NCBI GenBank assembly: GCA_044869275.1
Contig: JBIOXB010000001.1
Location: forward strand, 1 to 26,333
Direction: 5' to 3'
DNA length: 26,333 bases
Source: a bacterium
GTDB taxonomy: Bacteria > Zhuqueibacterota > Zhuqueibacteria > Zhuqueibacterales > Zhuqueibacteraceae
Part shown: one piece after another, positions 24,573 to 26,333 of the stretch
Position numbering within the stretch: the first letter of the stretch is position 1
How the letters are laid out: each line of letters opens with the position of its first letter
Notes under the pieces: model-generated
Seen by the model: the letters and a program-made list of their open reading frames with translations, nothing else
What the model was told of the DNA's origin: nothing
Database searches by the model: none
Program-made: the position numbers and the translations under genes

Positions 24573-26333
24573 CTGAAGATTCATACTACAGATCCAACAA
24601 GTGTTTTGGGCCAATGTGCGTGCATCCTCGGTGTCTCGCTAAGAGTGGGACTGATGGCTGCTTTGATGGCGCCTGCCGCTGCCTTGTCGCAATCGCCAGC
24701 GCCAGTAAACCTTGGAGCGGCTGCCAATTTCGCAGTTCTGGCCGGCTCCACGGTCTCCAGCACCGGTCTTACCACGGTTACGGGGGATCTTGGGGTGAGT
24801 CCAGGTACCGCGGTGACTGGATTTCCGCCCGGAACAGTGAGCGGAACGATACACGCGGGCAATACTGTCGCTGCCAATGCCCAAAACGACTTGACCATTG
24901 CGTATAATGACGCGGCTGGACGATCAGTAGCTCCTGTCCTCATATCTGGGAATCTAGGCGGGCTAACCCTCATTCCTGGCCTTTATAATTCCACCTCCTC
25001 GCTTGCAATATCGTCAGGGGATCTCACGCTCGACGCGCAGGGCGACGCGAATGCTGTCTTCATATTCCAGATCGCGTCCACACTCACTACAACGTCCGGT
25101 CGCCAGGTGATCCTGAGCGGGGGTGCTCAGGCCTCGAACATCTTTTGGCAGGTCGGCAGTTCGGCGACTCTTGGAACGAATTCTGTTTTCAAAGGAAACA
25201 TACTGGCTCTGGCATCGATCACGCTGACTACCGGTGCAACGCTGGAGGGCAGAGCGTTGGCACGGACTGCCGCGGTCACATTAGATGACAATACCGTCAC
25301 CGCTGCCGTGCCTGCATCGTCAACGCCAATAACCCTTGGATCGGTTGCCAATTTCGCGGTTCTGGCCGGCTCCACGGTCACCAACACCGGTCTTACTACG
25401 GTTACTGGGGATCTTGGGGTGAGTCCAGGTACTGCGGTGACTGGATTTCCGCCCGGAACATTGAACGGGACGATACACGCGGGCAATACTGTCGCTGCCA
25501 ATGCCCAAAGTGACTTGACCATTGCGTATAATAACGCCGCCGGAAGAACCGGAGGTGCCTCGGTGTCTGGAAATCTAGGCGGGCTAACCCTCATTCCTGG
25601 CCTCTATAAATCCACGTCCTCGCTTGAAATATCGTCAGGGAATCTCACGCTCGACGCTCAGGGCAACCCGAATGCTGTCTTTATATTCCAGATCGCGTCC
25701 ACACTCACCACGACTTCCGGTCGTAAGATTATCCTGAGTGGCGGCGCCAAGTTTTCCAACATCTTTTGGCAGGTCGGCAGTTCAGCGACTCTTGGAATGA
25801 ACTCTGTCTTCAAAGGAAACATACTGGCTCTGCAATCAATCACGCTGGCTACCGGCGCAACGCTGGACGGCAGAGCGTTGGCACAGACGGGCGCGGTCAC
25901 ATTAGATGCCAATACCATTGCCGTGTCTCGATCGCCAGCGCCAGTACCCCTTGGATCAGTTGCCAATTTCGCGGTTCTGGCCGCCTCCACGGTCACCAAC
26001 ACCGGTTTTACCACGATTACTGGGGATATTGGGTTGAGTCCAGGTACCGCGGTGACTGGATTTCCGCCCGGAACAGTGAATGGGACGATACACGCGGGCA
26101 ATACTGTCGCTGCCAATGCTCAAAACGACTTGACCATTGCGTTTAACGACGTGGCTGGACGATCAGGAGATTCTATCCTCATATCTGGGAATCTAGGCGG
26201 GCTAACCCTCGTTCCTGGCCTCTATAAATCCACGTCTTCGCTTGCAATATCGTCAGGGGATCTCACGCTCGACGCTCAAGGCAACTCGAATGCTGTCTTT
26301 ATATTCCAGATCGCGTCCACACTCACCACGACC
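24573..26333 (+). CDS. Exported ice-binding-like protein with at least three tandem DUF3494 domains (truncated by window end)
   Basis: Hand translation gives ..AAALSQSPAPVNLGAAANFAVLAGSTVSSTGLTTVTGDLGVSPGTAVTGFPPG..NLGGLTLIPGLY..LTLDAQGDANAVFIFQI..ASNIFWQVGSSATLG..FKGNILA..GRALA. Domains start at 24702, 25326 and 25941. Start codon uncertain (CTG 24573 after AAGGAG, or GTG 24552). Confidence 0.92.
   Translation, partial: MKIHTTDPTSVLGQCACILGVSLRVGLMAALMAPAAALSQSPAPVNLGAAANFAVLAGSTVSSTGLTTVTGDLGVSPGTAVTGFPPGTVSGTIHAGNTVAANAQNDLTIAYNDAAGRSVAPVLISGNLGGLTLIPGLYNSTSSLAISSGDLTLDAQGDANAVFIFQIASTLTTTSGRQVILSGGAQASNIFWQVGSSATLGTNSVFKGNILALASITLTTGATLEGRALARTAAVTLDDNTVTAAVPASSTPITLGSVANFAVLAGSTVTNTGLTTVTGDLGVSPGTAVTGFPPGTLNGTIHAGNTVAANAQSDLTIAYNNAAGRTGGASVSGNLGGLTLIPGLYKSTSSLEISSGNLTLDAQGNPNAVFIFQIASTLTTTSGRKIILSGGAKFSNIFWQVGSSATLGMNSVFKGNILALQSITLATGATLDGRALAQTGAVTLDANTIAVSRSPAPVPLGSVANFAVLAASTVTNTGFTTITGDIGLSPGTAVTGFPPGTVNGTIHAGNTVAANAQNDLTIAFNDVAGRSGDSILISGNLGGLTLVPGLYKSTSSLAISSGDLTLDAQGNSNAVFIFQIASTLTTT

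Noticed and set aside
24581..26146. Several repeated short ORFs in the track (minus strand and alternative plus frames)
   Set aside because: Shadows of the DUF3494 repeats; the real frame is absent from the track because it has no stop in the window.
9247..26333. Integrative or transposable element carrying the cluster
   Set aside because: No integrase, transposase, tRNA or terminal repeats are visible in the window.

Overview
Bacterial genomic window with two parts. The left part (1-9246) looks like core genome: a minus-strand operon (lipoprotein, GAF/sigma-54 enhancer-binding protein, membrane Ser/Thr kinase with PEGA-like domains, then a gene running off the left edge) and a plus-strand acyl-CoA ligase / EF-G2-type fusA paralog / HIT hydrolase operon. 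The right part (about 9300-26333, all plus strand) is a regulatory and stress-gene cluster. It holds an RRM RNA-binding protein with a long structured leader; two paralogous atypical NarL/LuxR regulators, each followed by the same conserved ~140-bp non-coding cassette; and a KaiC-like ATPase / receiver / pseudo-receiver-PAS histidine kinase / NarL regulator operon with no kaiA or kaiB. It also carries many small stress or envelope genes (GlsB/YeaQ/YmgE x2, YegP, a dodecin remnant, OmpA lipoprotein, two paralogous coiled-coil lipoproteins, cupin, beta-barrel), a clan CD peptidase next to a protein with a hydrophobic C-terminal tail, and a tandem DUF3494 ice-binding-like protein that is missing from the ORF track and truncated at the right edge. 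The best candidate for an undescribed system is a KaiC-coupled, NarL-family-driven stress regulon. All calls come from manual motif reading; no database searches were run.
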